From: Octopus bimaculoides
Taxonomy: Eukaryota
Direction: 5' to 3'
Length of the DNA: 64,000 nucleotides
Assembly (NCBI RefSeq): GCF_001194135.2
Contig: NC_068993.1
Coordinates: 9,132,864 to 9,196,863 of the forward strand
Positions 1 through 12,269 of this stretch are shown here, in pieces. The notes beneath the pieces were generated by a model that had not been told where the DNA came from, made no database searches, and saw nothing but the letters and a program-made list of their open reading frames with translations. The position numbers and the translations under genes were made by a program. How positions within the stretch are numbered: the first letter of the stretch is position 1; every line of letters begins with the position of its first letter.

Positions 1-54
1 TCCAACCCATGCTGGCATGGAAAGCGGACGTTAAACGATGATGATGATGATGAT
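1..54 (+). mobile_element. 3' end of RTE-related retroposon with (GAT)n tail
   Basis: ccaacccatgctggcatggaaagcggacgttaaacgatgatgatg; the same end recurs at ~1215-1262, 9835-9960, 51850-51897 and 52715-52770. Confidence 0.7.
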
Positions 55-90
55 ATATATAAATATAAATATAAATATAAATATAAATAA

Positions 91-309
91 GGCGGCGAGC
101 TGGCAGAAACGTTAGCACGTTGGGCGAAATGCTTAGCAGTATTTCGTCTGCCGCTACGTTCTGAGTTCAAATTCTGCCGAGGTCGACTTTGCCTTTCATC
201 CTTTCGGGGTCGATTAAGTAAGTTCCATTTACGCACTGGGGTCGATATAATCGACTTAATCCATTTGTCCCCTCTGTGTGTAGCCCCTTGTGGGCAATAA
301 AGAAATAAA
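91..309 (+). mobile_element. tRNA-derived SINE, family B
   Basis: Head ggcggcgagctggcagaaacgttagc...gttctgagttcaaattc (A/B-box-like) and body gcctttcatcctttcggggtcga. Many copies in the window. Confidence 0.85.
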
Positions 310-785
310 ACTTCTTACCACATGGCCATACCTGATAATAAAAGGGTTAGCTAAAACGAGAACACGTTGTTCTCTGGCCAGACCATCACTGATCATAGAG
401 AATGCGCTGAATCAGGATTACAACAGCAGCAATAACAACCACAGACACCATAACGACCATCAGTGCTCTACCACCACTGCCGTCACCACCAGAGATTATC
501 AGGATTACTGCTGCCACTGTCACCACCACCACCACCACCATATAAATATTTAGCTAAACTGTAGTCAAAATATATAGCAATGGTGACACAGCTAGGACAT
601 AATTACATGAATGTTTGAAAGGTCACGATATAGCTTAATATTATAGAATTGGGGACACACAGGGTGGAGGTGGTGGTGGTGAGCGGGTGGTTGGAGAGAG
701 GAACAGTGTCCAATCTAGTTCTCACCAAACCAGTGTCGCCATCATAGACACATGTCATCAGTTCAAATTCAAAACCTTCTCTCTT

Positions 786-975
786 AACCCTTTAGAATTC
801 AGATTATACTGTCAAATGTAAACATACATGCTTATTTAACTCTTTGGCGTTCAGATTAATCTGCCAAATGCAATGGTTATGCATTTACATTGTTTTGAAT
901 TAATCCATGCATTGTTTCATAGCTTTGGGATTTCGATGGCCTGATTTGTTTATTTTTAGAATGACAATGTAGGCA
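786..975 (+). mobile_element. Partial TTAA/CCC-ended (piggyBac-type) MITE copies
   Basis: ttaaccctttagaattcagatt... Same family as 27830-28182, 39212-39411 and 51318-51499. Confidence 0.6.
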
Positions 976-989
976 CCATCCAAACGTGG

Positions 990-1262
990 TCAATGCCTGA
1001 CTGGCTCCCACGCCGGTGCCACGTAAAAAGCACTATCTGAATGTGATTGATGCCAATACCCCTTGACTGGCCTCTGTGCCGGTGGCATGTAAAAAGCACC
1101 CACTACACTCTCGGAGTGGTTGGTGTTAGGAAGGGCATCCAGCTGTAGAAACCTTGCCAGATCAGATTGGAACCTGGTACAGCTGCCGGCTTTCCAGACC
1201 TCAGTCAACCGTCCAACCCGTGCCAACATGGCAAATGGATGTTAAACGATGATGATGATGAT
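990..1262 (+). mobile_element. RTE-related 3' UTR retroposon with (GAT)n tail
   Basis: aaaagcacccactacactctcggagtggttggtgttaggaagggcatccagctgtagaaac...gttaaacgatgatgatg; the same 3' UTR follows the RTE ORF end at 61345-61765. Confidence 0.75.
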
Positions 1263-1280
1263 GGAGTAGAGAAAGAGAAG

Positions 1281-1612
1281 GCATGGCAGTGTAGTAAGAA
1301 GTTTATTTCCCAACCATATGGTTCCAGGTTCAGTCCCACTGTGTGGCACCTTGGGCAAGTGTCTTCTACTGAAGCCTCAGGCTGACCAAAGTCTTTGGAG
1401 TGGATTTGGTAGGCCGAGACTGAAAGAAATCCACCACACACATACATATATGTGTATGTTTACATCCCTGTAACTTAGTGGTTTGGCAAAAGACACTGAT
1501 AGAATAAGTACCAGGCTTTAAAAGAATAAGCCCTGGGGATTGATTTGTTTGACTAAAATTCCTGAAAGGTGGTGCCCCAGCATGGCCACAGTCTAATGAC
1601 TGAAATAGATAC
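1281..1612 (+). mobile_element. tRNA-derived SINE, family A (CORE-like)
   Basis: Head ...gtagtaagaagttt...ggttcagtcccactgtgtggcaccttgggcaagtgtc and tail ggtgccccagcatggccacagtc..tgactgaaa. Confidence 0.8.
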
Positions 1613-1699
1613 AAGGGAAAAAGTAATGAAGTAATGAGAGAGAGAGAGAGAAAGAGAAAAGTAAGCAACAGAATGAGCAAGGGGAATATGGAAAAAAAG

Positions 1700-1845
1700 G
1701 GAGAAGAGACAGACAGACTCCTCAACCCAATGATGTGGGGGTGTTTTACATGTTTCATAAGAAGCAATGTTTTAACATTCCAAGTTCCAGCAGAAAATTC
1801 TTTGACAAGAGCTACTTTCTTTAACGTAACACTGCACACCACTGC
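1700..1845 (-). mobile_element. Degenerate LINE endonuclease N-terminus (RTE-like)
   Basis: Translation contains AGTWNVKTLL...HIIGL, resembling the GTWNVRTL...DIIGL motif of AP-endonuclease domains. Confidence 0.4.
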
Positions 1846-2465
1846 TACTTCTGTAGCTTTGGTACACCACCACGCAGCTTAAGAACATTATTCCACTCCT
1901 CTCACTACTACCACTATCACTATCATCACCACCACCACCACTACTAACATAACCACATTACTCTAAGTGCCACCACCACCCTCCTTGCCAACAATAACAT
2001 AACTACGAAAACCTCCATCACTATAACCACCACCACCGCTGCCGCCGTGGGATTGGGGGAGGCAGTAGGGGTGTACAAGTAGAACAGGAGAAAGGTGCCT
2101 CTTACTTCTGTCAGTCAGTAGATAATAAGATAATAGGGGAGAAACATTTAATGTATGTTTTAGAGAGGGGGGGGGATGTGAAGTGGGAATGAAGATTAGC
2201 AGATTGGATAACTATCTTATGGAACTTGATAGGGCTCCTCTAGATAGAACTGACACCTAACAACTATTTTGAAGGGTCACTGGGTTTGGAGGTCATGGAA
2301 AGGGTGCGGGGAGGGATTTGACAGCATTTATATTTCCGGGTGATGGGGTAACGAGTGCTTGAAAGACTAACGTGTGTGTGTGTGTGTGTATAAGAGTACA
2401 TAGATCCTCTACTAGTTTCTTTGATTTCCTTAATAAGCATTCCGGTTGTTCAGTCAATGGAATTA

Positions 2466-2689
2466 CCGTATTTAGTGTGTGTATAAGTTGATTACGTTGC
2501 ACTATTGCATACTTGACTTTTAACTGGGTGAAAAAAAAAAAAAAAAAAAAGTAACTGGAATGTGGGTTAAAAAAAAAAATGCAATGTGACCTATATACTG
2601 AGCAAAGCTAAATCTATGAAGGGGATAAAAATATGCACCTAGATTTTAATATTAAATTAAGGGCGTGACTTATACACAAATAAATATAG
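2466..2689. mobile_element. Degenerate TA-flanked MITE (Tc1/mariner-pogo type, CCGTA ends)
   Basis: Left end ta|ccgtatttagtgtgtgtataagt; right end gacttatacacaaataaatatag is its imperfect reverse complement. Confidence 0.5.
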
Positions 2690-3009
2690 CATGTTAGGTA
2701 GGGGGGGGGGCAAAAAGGATCTCAGGAAGTAGCGTCCTTGTGTTCCTGAGCTAGTTTTCCACCACATTCCTGAAAAATCATGGTAGAGACCTTGGTCTCA
2801 GGATCGCTCGTGTCTAGAAACTGAGGTTGGGGATAAGCAAGGGCATGCTCCCCACCTGTAGAAAATCCAGCTCCAAAAAAGAGAATGGGCCTAAAGGTTG
2901 GAATGGGTTGCACCTGCCAACCTATCTGGCCACCCCTGTTAACAGGGACAAAACCCAGATTTAAAACACTAGAAGGTGATGGTGCAGAAGTCAGGGTTGT
3001 TTGTTAAAG

Positions 3010-3230
3010 GGAGACATTCCACTTGGAACTAGGAAGCATTAGGGAAGATTTAGTATGCATACACAGATGACATCACCATCATGGGAATTGAAGTGATCAA
3101 CCTCATATTGAAAAAATATGAAGATATGACAGGACTCTGTATTAGCAGAGATGAATTAATGGGCTCACAGTTTGTTACCCGTAGAGACAAATCCATGATG
3201 TCTGACAGTATGGGTTATGAGACCTTAGTG
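3010..3230 (+). mobile_element. L1/Tx1-like reverse transcriptase remnant
   Basis: Translates AYTDDITIMGIEVINLILKKYEDMTGLCISRDE: a YADD-type motif plus a YE..TG..I segment typical of Tx1/L1 RT. Confidence 0.5.
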
Positions 3231-4069
3231 CAGGGTGGACAATCTTAGCCATGATTCTTCAGAAGACGTGCAAGACTGGTAGAAAGGAGGGAGGGATCAT
3301 CATCATCATCATCATCATTTAACATCTGTTTCCCGTGCTGGCATGGGCCAGACAGTTTGACAGGAGCTGGCAATTCAGAAGACTGCACCAAGCTCTATTG
3401 TCTACTTTGCTATGGGCTCAACAGCTGGATGCCCTTCCTAACACCGACAACTCCACAGAGTATACTGGGTGCTTTTTTTATATGGCTCCAGTACAAGTGA
3501 GGTTACAAAGTAACTTGTACGTCAACCACCTCCCCTTAATAATAATTTCTAAATTGGTTACAAAGCCACAAACATATAAAATAGCTTTTAACCTAAAGTA
3601 CAAGGCTACAAATATGTAAATTAATGCTTTCTTTATCAAACATATGTTATAAATTTCTAACATAGATAAAAAATTAATATATGTTTGATAAAAAAGAATC
3701 ATTAATATACATGTTTGTAGCCTTGTACTTAAGGTTCAAAGTGGACTAGTGGATAATATTGGCCCCAGTGTCCAACTGGTACTTATTTTATCAGCCCTGA
3801 AAGGATGAAAGGTTAAGCCAACCTTGGCAGAACTTGAACTCAGAATATAAAGATGAAATGTGAGCAAAACAAGACAATAAAGGAGGCTCTTTCTGGTCAC
3901 TTGAAATGCTAGAAATAGCAACCAAATCTCACACTAATCGTACCCTACTGTCTTAAAAGGGGAAAGACAAACTGAATAATGTGGGCATTGAATGCATGCT
4001 GCTGGAAAAGAGGTCAGGAAGTTAAACAACACCTAAGCAATAAACAATTAGCATTCTTTTGTTTCCTAC

Positions 4070-5280
4070 CTGTGTTGGGTTTTCTGGACCTTGTTTCAGT
4101 TCCGACATCACTAACTCCTGTTCGTCTTGTAGAATTGCCATGGTAACGTATGGCTTTGTGTATTTTTCATCTACTGTATAGTCATACCAAACATCGGGGA
4201 CATTGACATACTTCCTGTGAAGGGGACACAAATGATTGCTAGCCGGGAGCTCGTCTTTCCATAGAACTTTCCGTGGCTTTGTTACAGCCTTGTAAGGTTC
4301 ATCTTCCTGACAAGGAGACAAGCAATGGCTTACATTCGCCACGTGGGCTGACGGCTCATCGACCAATATCTCGTTAATGGGGAGGGGCAGCTCTTTAATT
4401 TCTGTGGGACTACTCGCTCCACTCTGTAAGGGACTGGGAATAGAGGTCTCGTGCCCAGTAGGGATGAGATCAGGGGTCTGAAGACGCACGTTTTCCTGGG
4501 AAGGTAGGTCTTCAGTTTTTTGAAAATTTTCATTGTTAGAATTACTTTTCCCGTTCTTCTCACATAAGATTGTTCCACCGTCGGTTTTATCGTTTTTGGG
4601 TTTCTGTTCAAGAAGTAACTGAGATATTGCCCTGTGAATGTAACCTAATTTCTCGGTCAAAGCAAATCGTTTGCCCTGTATGTCCCACAAGAGACACTTG
4701 GATAAGTATCTAAATTTATGGAAAGTTAGTTTGAAGTCTGTTCTTGCCCTATTGTCATGACAACACTCCTGGTTGTTAGAGGACTGTTTGTTGTTATTCT
4801 GGTTTGTGTTGATGCCATCGCTGTGACTATCAGCAATGTTGTTGTTGTTGTTGTTGTTGTTGGTGTTGGTCTTCTCGACCGGACTGTTATCTTTCGTTTG
4901 GTTCGTGCTTTCAAGCTCATGCAGAGGCTGGAACGGTATGTAAGGATTGTTATCTTCGTCCGTCCGAGACTTGGCGTGGACCGTCTTTGACACTGCTGAC
5001 TGTTGTGGTGGAATGGTTTTAGATTCCAGGCTCTGCTGTCTGTCGAAGAGATAACGAAGCACGCCAATGTAGTAATAGGCCCGTACACAATCTAATTCTC
5101 GGCAGCGGAGACTGGAATTGAACACTTGATTGTCATCTTTCAGATCGGAGAGGTATCGCTTGGTAGTGTTCATCTTAAGAGTTGTGTCCAGCTTCGATAG
5201 GTCATCACCACTTTTGTCAATTGTTATCAATACTCTAACAGCGGTCACTTCTTGTTGTAGTTTTAACAGGTATTTCGGAC
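4070..5280 (-). CDS. GEMIN5: GEMIN5 large exon (1211 nt, phase 1-0), C-terminal region including RBS1-equivalent disordered segment
   Basis: Underlies the 408-aa ORF 4022-5248. Strong acceptor ttcttttattctttccag at 5281-5282, probable donor CAG|GTAGGA at 4069. Begins (G)PKYLLKLQQEV; LDCVRAYYYIGVLRYLF aligns with human LEAFFLYGRLYEFW; ends MAILQDEQELVMSELKQGPENPTQ. The 3' boundary is less certain than the 5' boundary. Confidence 0.88.
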
Positions 5281-5697
5281 CTGGAAAGAATAAAAGAAGA
5301 AAAAAAATGGGAGTGAAAGAAAGAAACAGACAAAGAAAGCTTTTACTAAACTGGAGCCAAAGTAATAACTTTTCTCACGTAAGTATTAGATTAATATAGT
5401 CATCTGTACATCATATTCAATGCAGAGATATTTTAATAAAATACACTATAAATCTAATATAGTTTCTGTTATTTATCTATCCGGTTAATTACATCACCAG
5501 TGACTTTTTAACCACTGTTTTTTTTATATCAGCAGTGATGGATTTGATAGCTTGGGGCTGAACGCATAACCATATTGTTGGAACACATAACCATGTGGTT
5601 GGGAAGCAAACTTCTTAACCACATGCCCAATCACATCATTGAAATCTCAAAGCGACAAGATAATATACAATAAATTCAAGACAACTGTGAATAAATA

Positions 5698-6065
5698 CCG
5701 TTAATCCTCGAGTATAATCCACACTTTTTTCCCAAAATTTCTAGTGCTTACTATATACGAGGTTAAAAATGAAAAATATTTTCTAAGCAAAATTTTCTAA
5801 GTGATAAATATGTAAAGGCAATTTGCTTAATATTTATTTTTTACTGTTATTTCTTTAGTCTCTGCAAACAAAGTGCACAAAAAAGCCACACGTTTACATC
5901 ATGTTATATATACAATAATGATAAAGGACGTTATATAGACCTCCTTGACTCAAGTTAGAGAAGGGGTGCGTATTATACACAAGGTTTAGGTTTTTCAGAG
6001 GTACAGCCCCCTGAAAGTCCCCTGTGTATTATACTTAAGGGCGGACTATACTCGAGGACTTACGG
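5698..6065. mobile_element. MITE with 25-bp TIRs and TA TSD (Tc1/mariner-pogo type)
   Basis: TA|ccgttaatcctcgagtataatccac ... gcggactatactcgaggacttacgg|TA; TIRs about 21/25 identical. Confidence 0.85.
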
Positions 6066-6477
6066 TAAGCAATGCATTTGACAGAATAATCCGAAAGCTC
6101 AATGGTTAAATCAAGTATGAAAACCGAGCGACATATACACTAGTAACCTATATTTGCCAATAAATGAACAGTAAATAAATACTAACAGATAAACATTTAA
6201 AATTTAGTTTATGACATCTGCCTTGAACATGCTGGATGGTTTCCATTTAAAGATCATAAGAAGAAACTTCAGTGTGCAGACTGGTCAAAGAATCTCATGT
6301 TTCTCTGTTGGGGTAAGCAGATCTTTTGAAAGAGATTACAGCATGTGGTGCTTAACCGGGGTCTATATGACCCTTGGATGTCCATATAAGATGGTTTTTT
6401 TGTTAAAATTAAGGAGCAATAGTAAATTTGGTTATACTACCACAATACACAAAATATTTTCATAAATTCTCTTCATT

Positions 6478-6864
6478 CTCTTGTATGTCCGAGTCATTCG
6501 ACTGTGGCCATGCTGAAGCACCACCTTAAAGGGTTTTAGTTTAAGAAATCAACCCCAGGACATATTCTTTGTAAGCCTAGTACTTATTCTATCTGTCTCT
6601 TTTACTGAACCGCTAAGTTACGGAGACGTAAACACACCAACATTGGTTGTCAAGCGATGTTGGGGGACAAACACAGATACACAAACATATATATATATAT
6701 ACGACGGGCTTCTTTCAGTTTCCGTCTACCAAATCCACTCACAAGGCTTTGGTCGGCTTGAGGCTATAGTAGAAGACACTTGCCCAAGGTGTCACACAGT
6801 GAGAATGAACCCAGAACCATGTGGTTGGTAAGCAAGCTACTTACCACACAGCCACTCCTGCACC
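6478..6864 (-). mobile_element. SINE family A, near full length
   Basis: Reverse complement of the head ggtgcaggagtggctgtgtggtaagtagc through the tail; internal (AT)n. Confidence 0.85.
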
Positions 6865-6876
6865 TGTCTGTTTACT

Positions 6877-7079
6877 TTTAGAATGAAATTGTAGGGTAGG
6901 TGTGAGAGGCTGGATCTGGTTGATTTGAACATAAAACAAATAGAATATTTGGATTGGATATAGCTGGTTTAACCCTTTAGCATTTAAACCGGCCATATCA
7001 GGCCTAAATACTCTACCTGTTTTATGTTCAAACTGACCAGATCCAGCCTCTCACACCTACCCTACAATGTCATTCTAAA
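6877..7079. repeat. Inverted pair of partial piggyBac-type MITE copies forming a ~95-bp-stem hairpin
   Basis: 6877-6972 is the approximate reverse complement of 6983-7079, with a 10-nt spacer ccctttagca. Confidence 0.85.
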
Positions 7080-7577
7080 AATAAACACTCATCATCATCA
7101 TTCAATGTTTGGTCTCCATGTTGGCATGGGCTGGACAGTTTGTAAAGGGAGCTGTCTGGGCTCCAACTGCCTGTTGTGGCATGGTTTCTACGGCCGATGC
7201 CCTTCCTAATGCCAACCACTTAGCAGAGTGTGCTGGCCGCTTATTGTGTGTCACCATCATAGGTGAGTTTATGCAACACCAGCACGGATGCTTTTTAAGC
7301 GGTACCGGCACCTGAAAGAACAAGCCTGTACGTGTGAAAGACAGCCGTTTTACTTAGCTTCACGTGTCTTCACATCATCAAAAGCTTGCAGCTACAAGAT
7401 AATAATACTGGGTCAATTCAAAACAATTTCAATAAACATGCATCACATTTAACAGAGTAATCTGAATGCTAAAGAGTTATATTCTGTGCTGTGCCTGAGT
7501 CTAGCTCAAGAACAGAACGTGTTGAGAGAGAGCTCGATAGATAAAGACAGAGAGAGAGAGAGAAACTGTTTGCTCAC

Positions 7578-7740
7578 CTTGAGGAAGGCACAACTGAGAA
7601 ATGATTTGCAGCAACTGGTACTGACTAGCATCGTGGAGGTTAACCATAGCTTGCAGCAAATGCTTAATCGCTGCCGTTGTCTCACCTTGCAGAAGAGACA
7701 GCATGCACAAAGTCAAATCCATGCAGTTCTGCATCAAAAG
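7578..7740 (-). CDS. GEMIN5: GEMIN5 internal exon (163 nt, phase 0-1)
   Basis: Acceptor gtttctttttgttgcag, donor AAG|GTGAGC. Translates LLMQNCMDLTLCMLSLLQGETTAAIKHLLQAMVNLHDASQYQLLQIISQLCLPQ(G), matching human [55 protein letters not shown]. Confidence 0.93.
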
Positions 7741-7804
7741 CTGCAACAAAAAGAAACATAAAGAATAAACAATGAAGTGACAACATTATACAACTACTGC
7801 TACT

Positions 7805-8605
7805 AATAATTTTGGCACAAGGCCAGCAATTTTGGGGGAGGAGGGTAAGTCGATAATATTGGTCCCAGGGTCCAACTGGTACTTATTTTATCAGCCCCGG
7901 AAGGATGAAAGGTGAAGCCAATCTCGGCAGAACTTGAACTCAGAACATAAAGATGAAATGTCATCAAGCATTTTGCCTGGTGTGCTAACAATTCTGCCAG
8001 CTCACCACATTAATATCATCACCATCATCAATAATAATAATAATCCTTTCTACAATTACATCAACTCCAGTACTCAATTGGTACTTAATTTATTGACCCC
8101 GAAAGGATGAGGGGCAAAGTTGACCTTGGCAGAATTTGAACCAGAACGTAGCTCAGAACATGCTAACAATTCTGCCAGCTTGCCTTATAATAATAATAAT
8201 AATAATCCTTTCTACTATAGGCACAAGGCCTGAAATTGAGGGGAGGGGGATAGTTTATTATATCGATCCCAGTACACAACTGGTACTCAATTTGTCAACC
8301 CTGAAAGGATGAAAGGCAAAGTCAACCTTGGTGGAATAATAATAATAATAATAATCCTTTCTTCTATAGACATAAGGCCTGAAATTTAGGTGGGGAGGAG
8401 GCCAGCTAATTACATCAACCCCAGGGCTGAACTTGTCAATTACCTTCACCCTAGTGTTCAACTGAAACTTATTTCATCGCCCCTGAAAGGATGAAAGGCA
8501 AAGTGGACCCTGGGTGGAATTTGAGCTCAGAATACAAAGATGGATGAAATGCCACAAAGCATTTTGTCCGGCGTCCTAACGACCCTGCCAGCTCGCTGCA
8601 TTACA
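7805..8605 (-). mobile_element. Tandem cluster of about 4 family-B SINE copies separated by (AAT)n
   Basis: Repeated aatcctttctactataggcacaaggcctgaaatt...ctgaaaggatgaaaggcaaagt...gaatttgaactcagaa units. Confidence 0.8.
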
Positions 8606-8849
8606 TCATGATGATGATCAATAATAATGAAAATAATAAAAATTAAAATAACAATAACAACGATGACAACGATGATGATAGTACTAATAATAATACAACC
8701 ATTTTTCAAGAGATCGTTAAGATCTCCAGTGAGCCATATGTCTGGCTTGATAAGACTGTCTGTCTACTTCTAGCCATGGTATCACCCAAGCCACAACAAA
8801 TCTTGCCTAGTTCACCACTATAGCTACAGTTAATGTTATCATTCATTGC

Positions 8850-8886
<37 letters not shown>

Positions 8887-10161
8887 CGGGGAGAAATAAG
8901 AATAGTCATCAGATGACTGATGACTACAGCTGCTTATCAATGTAATAAAAGACAAAACGGCAATCAGATTCCTATAATTATTAAGAGGAAATTTCATCCT
9001 CTGTGGCTGTTATTGATTGCAAACTGTTGCTTTGTGAAGTTTATTAACTTCATGCAATTATGTCTTAATTAAGATACACTCAGTTGACCTAAACTAATAC
9101 ACATTAATTCTTAATTATCTCTCTCTTTCTTTATATTCAATATTCTTTTATTCTGCTACTTGTTTTAGTCATTAGACTGTGGCCATGCAGGAGCACTGCC
9201 TTGAAAAGTTTTAGTTAAATTGTCCCCAGAACTAATTTTTTAAAGCCTAGTACTTATTCTATTGGTCTCTTTTGCCAAACCACTAAGTTACGGGGACACT
9301 GGTTGTCAAGTGGTGATGGGGGAACAACACAAAGAAATACATACACACACACACACATATATATATATATACATTTCTTTATTGTCCACGCGGGGCTAAA
9401 CATAGAGGGGACAAACAAGGACAAAGGGATTAAAACTAAGATCCTCTTTGAGTGAGTGGGTCTGCAGTAGAGAAAGAGGTGGGTTTTATACTGTGGGATA
9501 AAAGGTTTAAGTGAGAGAGAAAGGGCCAGGAGAGGACAGGTTTCTTGCCGTAGAGGACTGTACACAGCTACTCATGTTATAGAAGAGGTGTGAGTGACTA
9601 GTGTGGAACTGGAAAGAGATGAAATATAGTGGTGATGAAGTGTCAGGGTGGGGCAACTGGATACAAAGTGAGTGGGGACAGAGTGAAGGTGAGTAAAGCT
9701 TGTATGGGAAAGTGAGAAATGGGGAAAGAGAGAGGGGTTGAATATAATGTAGAACAGGTGTTGACGGAAGAGTAGGTGACAACTGTAGAAATTGGGAGAG
9801 GGGTAGGGGAGAGGAGATGACTGACGATCACCGTCATCATCTAACGTCCATTTTCCATGCTGACATGGGTTAGATGGGTTGACAGGAGCTGGCAAGCTGC
9901 TCCAGGCTCCAATTCATCATCATCATCATCATCATCGTTTAACGTCCGCTTTCCATGCTAGCATGTTTTAATAAGGTTTCTGTGGCTAGATGCCTTTCCA
10001 AACACCAATTACTGGGTGCTTTCTCTGTGGCACCTGCTCGGATGCTTTCTACATGGCATTGCCCAAAATTAAGAAGATATTACTAAATTGTTGAAGGTTC
10101 TAAAAAAAAAAGTAATTAATTTCAGTTCTACTGAGAAATAAGAGTAGAAAATATCTTTTAC

Positions 10162-10364
10162 CTGATCAATATTGACAAAACTTTGCCTGCCAGAAATAAG
10201 AGTGTTGAAAATCTTGTACATATCTTCCACACTGCTGCTTTCAAGATCGACATCCAGACATTGGTGCCAAGAACGCAGTACATGATTGAAGAATGTGTGT
10301 TTATTGATGAGGTATGGTTTCCAAGGGCACAGGGGATCAATATCATTGCTATCCAGGATGAAAT
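10162..10364 (-). CDS. GEMIN5: GEMIN5 internal exon (203 nt, phase 1-0)
   Basis: Acceptor ttattttgcattttag, donor CAG|GTAAAA. Open frame (D)FILDSNDIDPLCPWKPYLINKHTFFNHVLRSWHQCLDVDLESSSVEDMYKIFNTLISGRQSFVNIDQ; both phases fit the neighbouring exons. Confidence 0.83.
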
Positions 10365-12269
10365 CTAAAATGCAAAATAAAAATAAAAGATAAAAAATAC
10401 AACTCTACCCTCAAATACACAAGTTATAAAAAAAATATTAATTAGCTAATTCCATACATTAAAACATCCATTTTCTCAAATTAGCATGGGCTGGAGAAGA
10501 ATGCATTTGTGGCCGAATCTTACAGATGGATGTTCTTCCTGTCACCAACCATTCACTGTTTTCCAGATAAGAGGTTTCTTAATCAAAAGTGCAAAGTGAC
10601 TGGTAATAATGTCAACAAGTAACAAAACGTATATCATTGTTTTGCTCAAATGAAACCAACACATGTTGACTTTCACAAACACATGAAATGGGCTTCACGC
10701 AGTGTCCGCCCACAAAATTCACTTGTAAGGTATTGGTTGGCCTGGGGCTGTAGTTAGAGACACTTGCCCAAGATGTAGTGCAGTGGGACTGAACCTGAAA
10801 CCCATGGCTGCAAAATGAACTTCTAACCACACAGCCATACCAGCACCTCAAGAGAAGCAGTCAACCATTTCTTAATCCCTAAATCAAAGCAATTCACAGA
10901 ACCACAAAATGAGAAACGAATTTTCCCCTGGACAGATCATGAATGTAACAACTGTATCATTCCCAGCTGTGGGACAAATCTTGGCCATAAACTCACCCTG
11001 CTGTCTTGGAAAAAGAATATGAAAGATAGATTGAATAATATAGCCTTAGAAACACTGTGTCTAAAAAGACAAGAGAATTATGACTAAACTACCTTGGTTC
11101 ACTGCTCTAGGGTTAAACAACAACCTCATTTAATTTCCAAGATGACATAGTCTGGATGGTTCAACTGGATCTGACTAGCCAGAGGGCTGTGTTCCCACCA
11201 GTGTCTGCCCGACAAGGTCTCTATGTCTGGATGTCTTTCCTAACCCCAACAACCTTACAGAGTGTACGGGGTGCCTTTTTGTGACCGGTGAGGTCACTGT
11301 GTAACATGCAAGACAAAACCCCTTCACAGAGTGGGTGGGGGAGGAGTTGAAATATGGAGGGCAGTGGCTTTGCTGGATCCTCTCGAACTAACCAACCCAT
11401 GCCAACAAGGAAATGGATGTTAAATAATGATGGTGGTGGTGATGCTACTACTGAGGATGGTGGGGATGATGATAATATCCAATGATTTAAGGGCCAAGTT
11501 TTCCTCCCTTAACTGTTTCATGTATACAGTTGCCAGGTAACCAAGCACTCTAAATGACTGTCACATGTAAGACATAACTAATCACATCATGGACCCATTT
11601 CTCAAACACTTAAAACCTTGAACCCTTTTAATTACAAAGCTGTTGACAGCAGCATTCTTAATGCTTCTTAATTGCTCTGTATAATTAATAGAAACATTGT
11701 AATAATGATAACTATGCTGTTTTCATTTCACAATTTATTTCTATAGCTTAATTTATCTTATTTTTCACACGCTTCAATCATTAGACAGCGCCCATGCTGG
11801 GGTACAGCCTTGAAGGGTAGGGTTTTAGGCAAAAAAAATCGACCCAAGTATTTATTTTTTTAAAGCCTGGTACTTATTCTGTCGGTTGCTGGCGTGGGTA
11901 CATTTTGATGCACCCCAGTGCACTATATGTAGATGCATTCACGTGTGTGTGTGTGTGTGTGTGTATTTTGTTGTCTTTGGGGAGAGTCATTCTCTTTTAG
12001 TGTCTTATTTAATGGACAGAGTCAATGACTATTCAAAAGGTGGTAAGACGCAACAAAAATTATAAATGAGTGGAAATTTTACCAGTGAGTGTTCTAAATA
12101 ATAAAATATTGGTTGCCTTCTTATTAATCCACAAGTGTGTGTGTGTGTGTGTGTATATATATATTTATGTATGCATATATAATGGACTTCCCTGTTGTGT
12201 AAGTGGCAGATGAGGGTTTCAGCAACTTGGTATCTTTACTGTGATTTTCAGCTGATCATTTGGTTAATA

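Noticed and set aside
4022-5248. 408-aa ORF as a stand-alone single-exon gene
   Set aside because: It starts at a GTG just inside a strong acceptor and continues in frame from exon 7578-7740. The last 15 aa (VGNKRMLIVYCLGVV) follow a good donor and do not resemble the GEMIN5 C-terminus, so they are probably intronic read-through.
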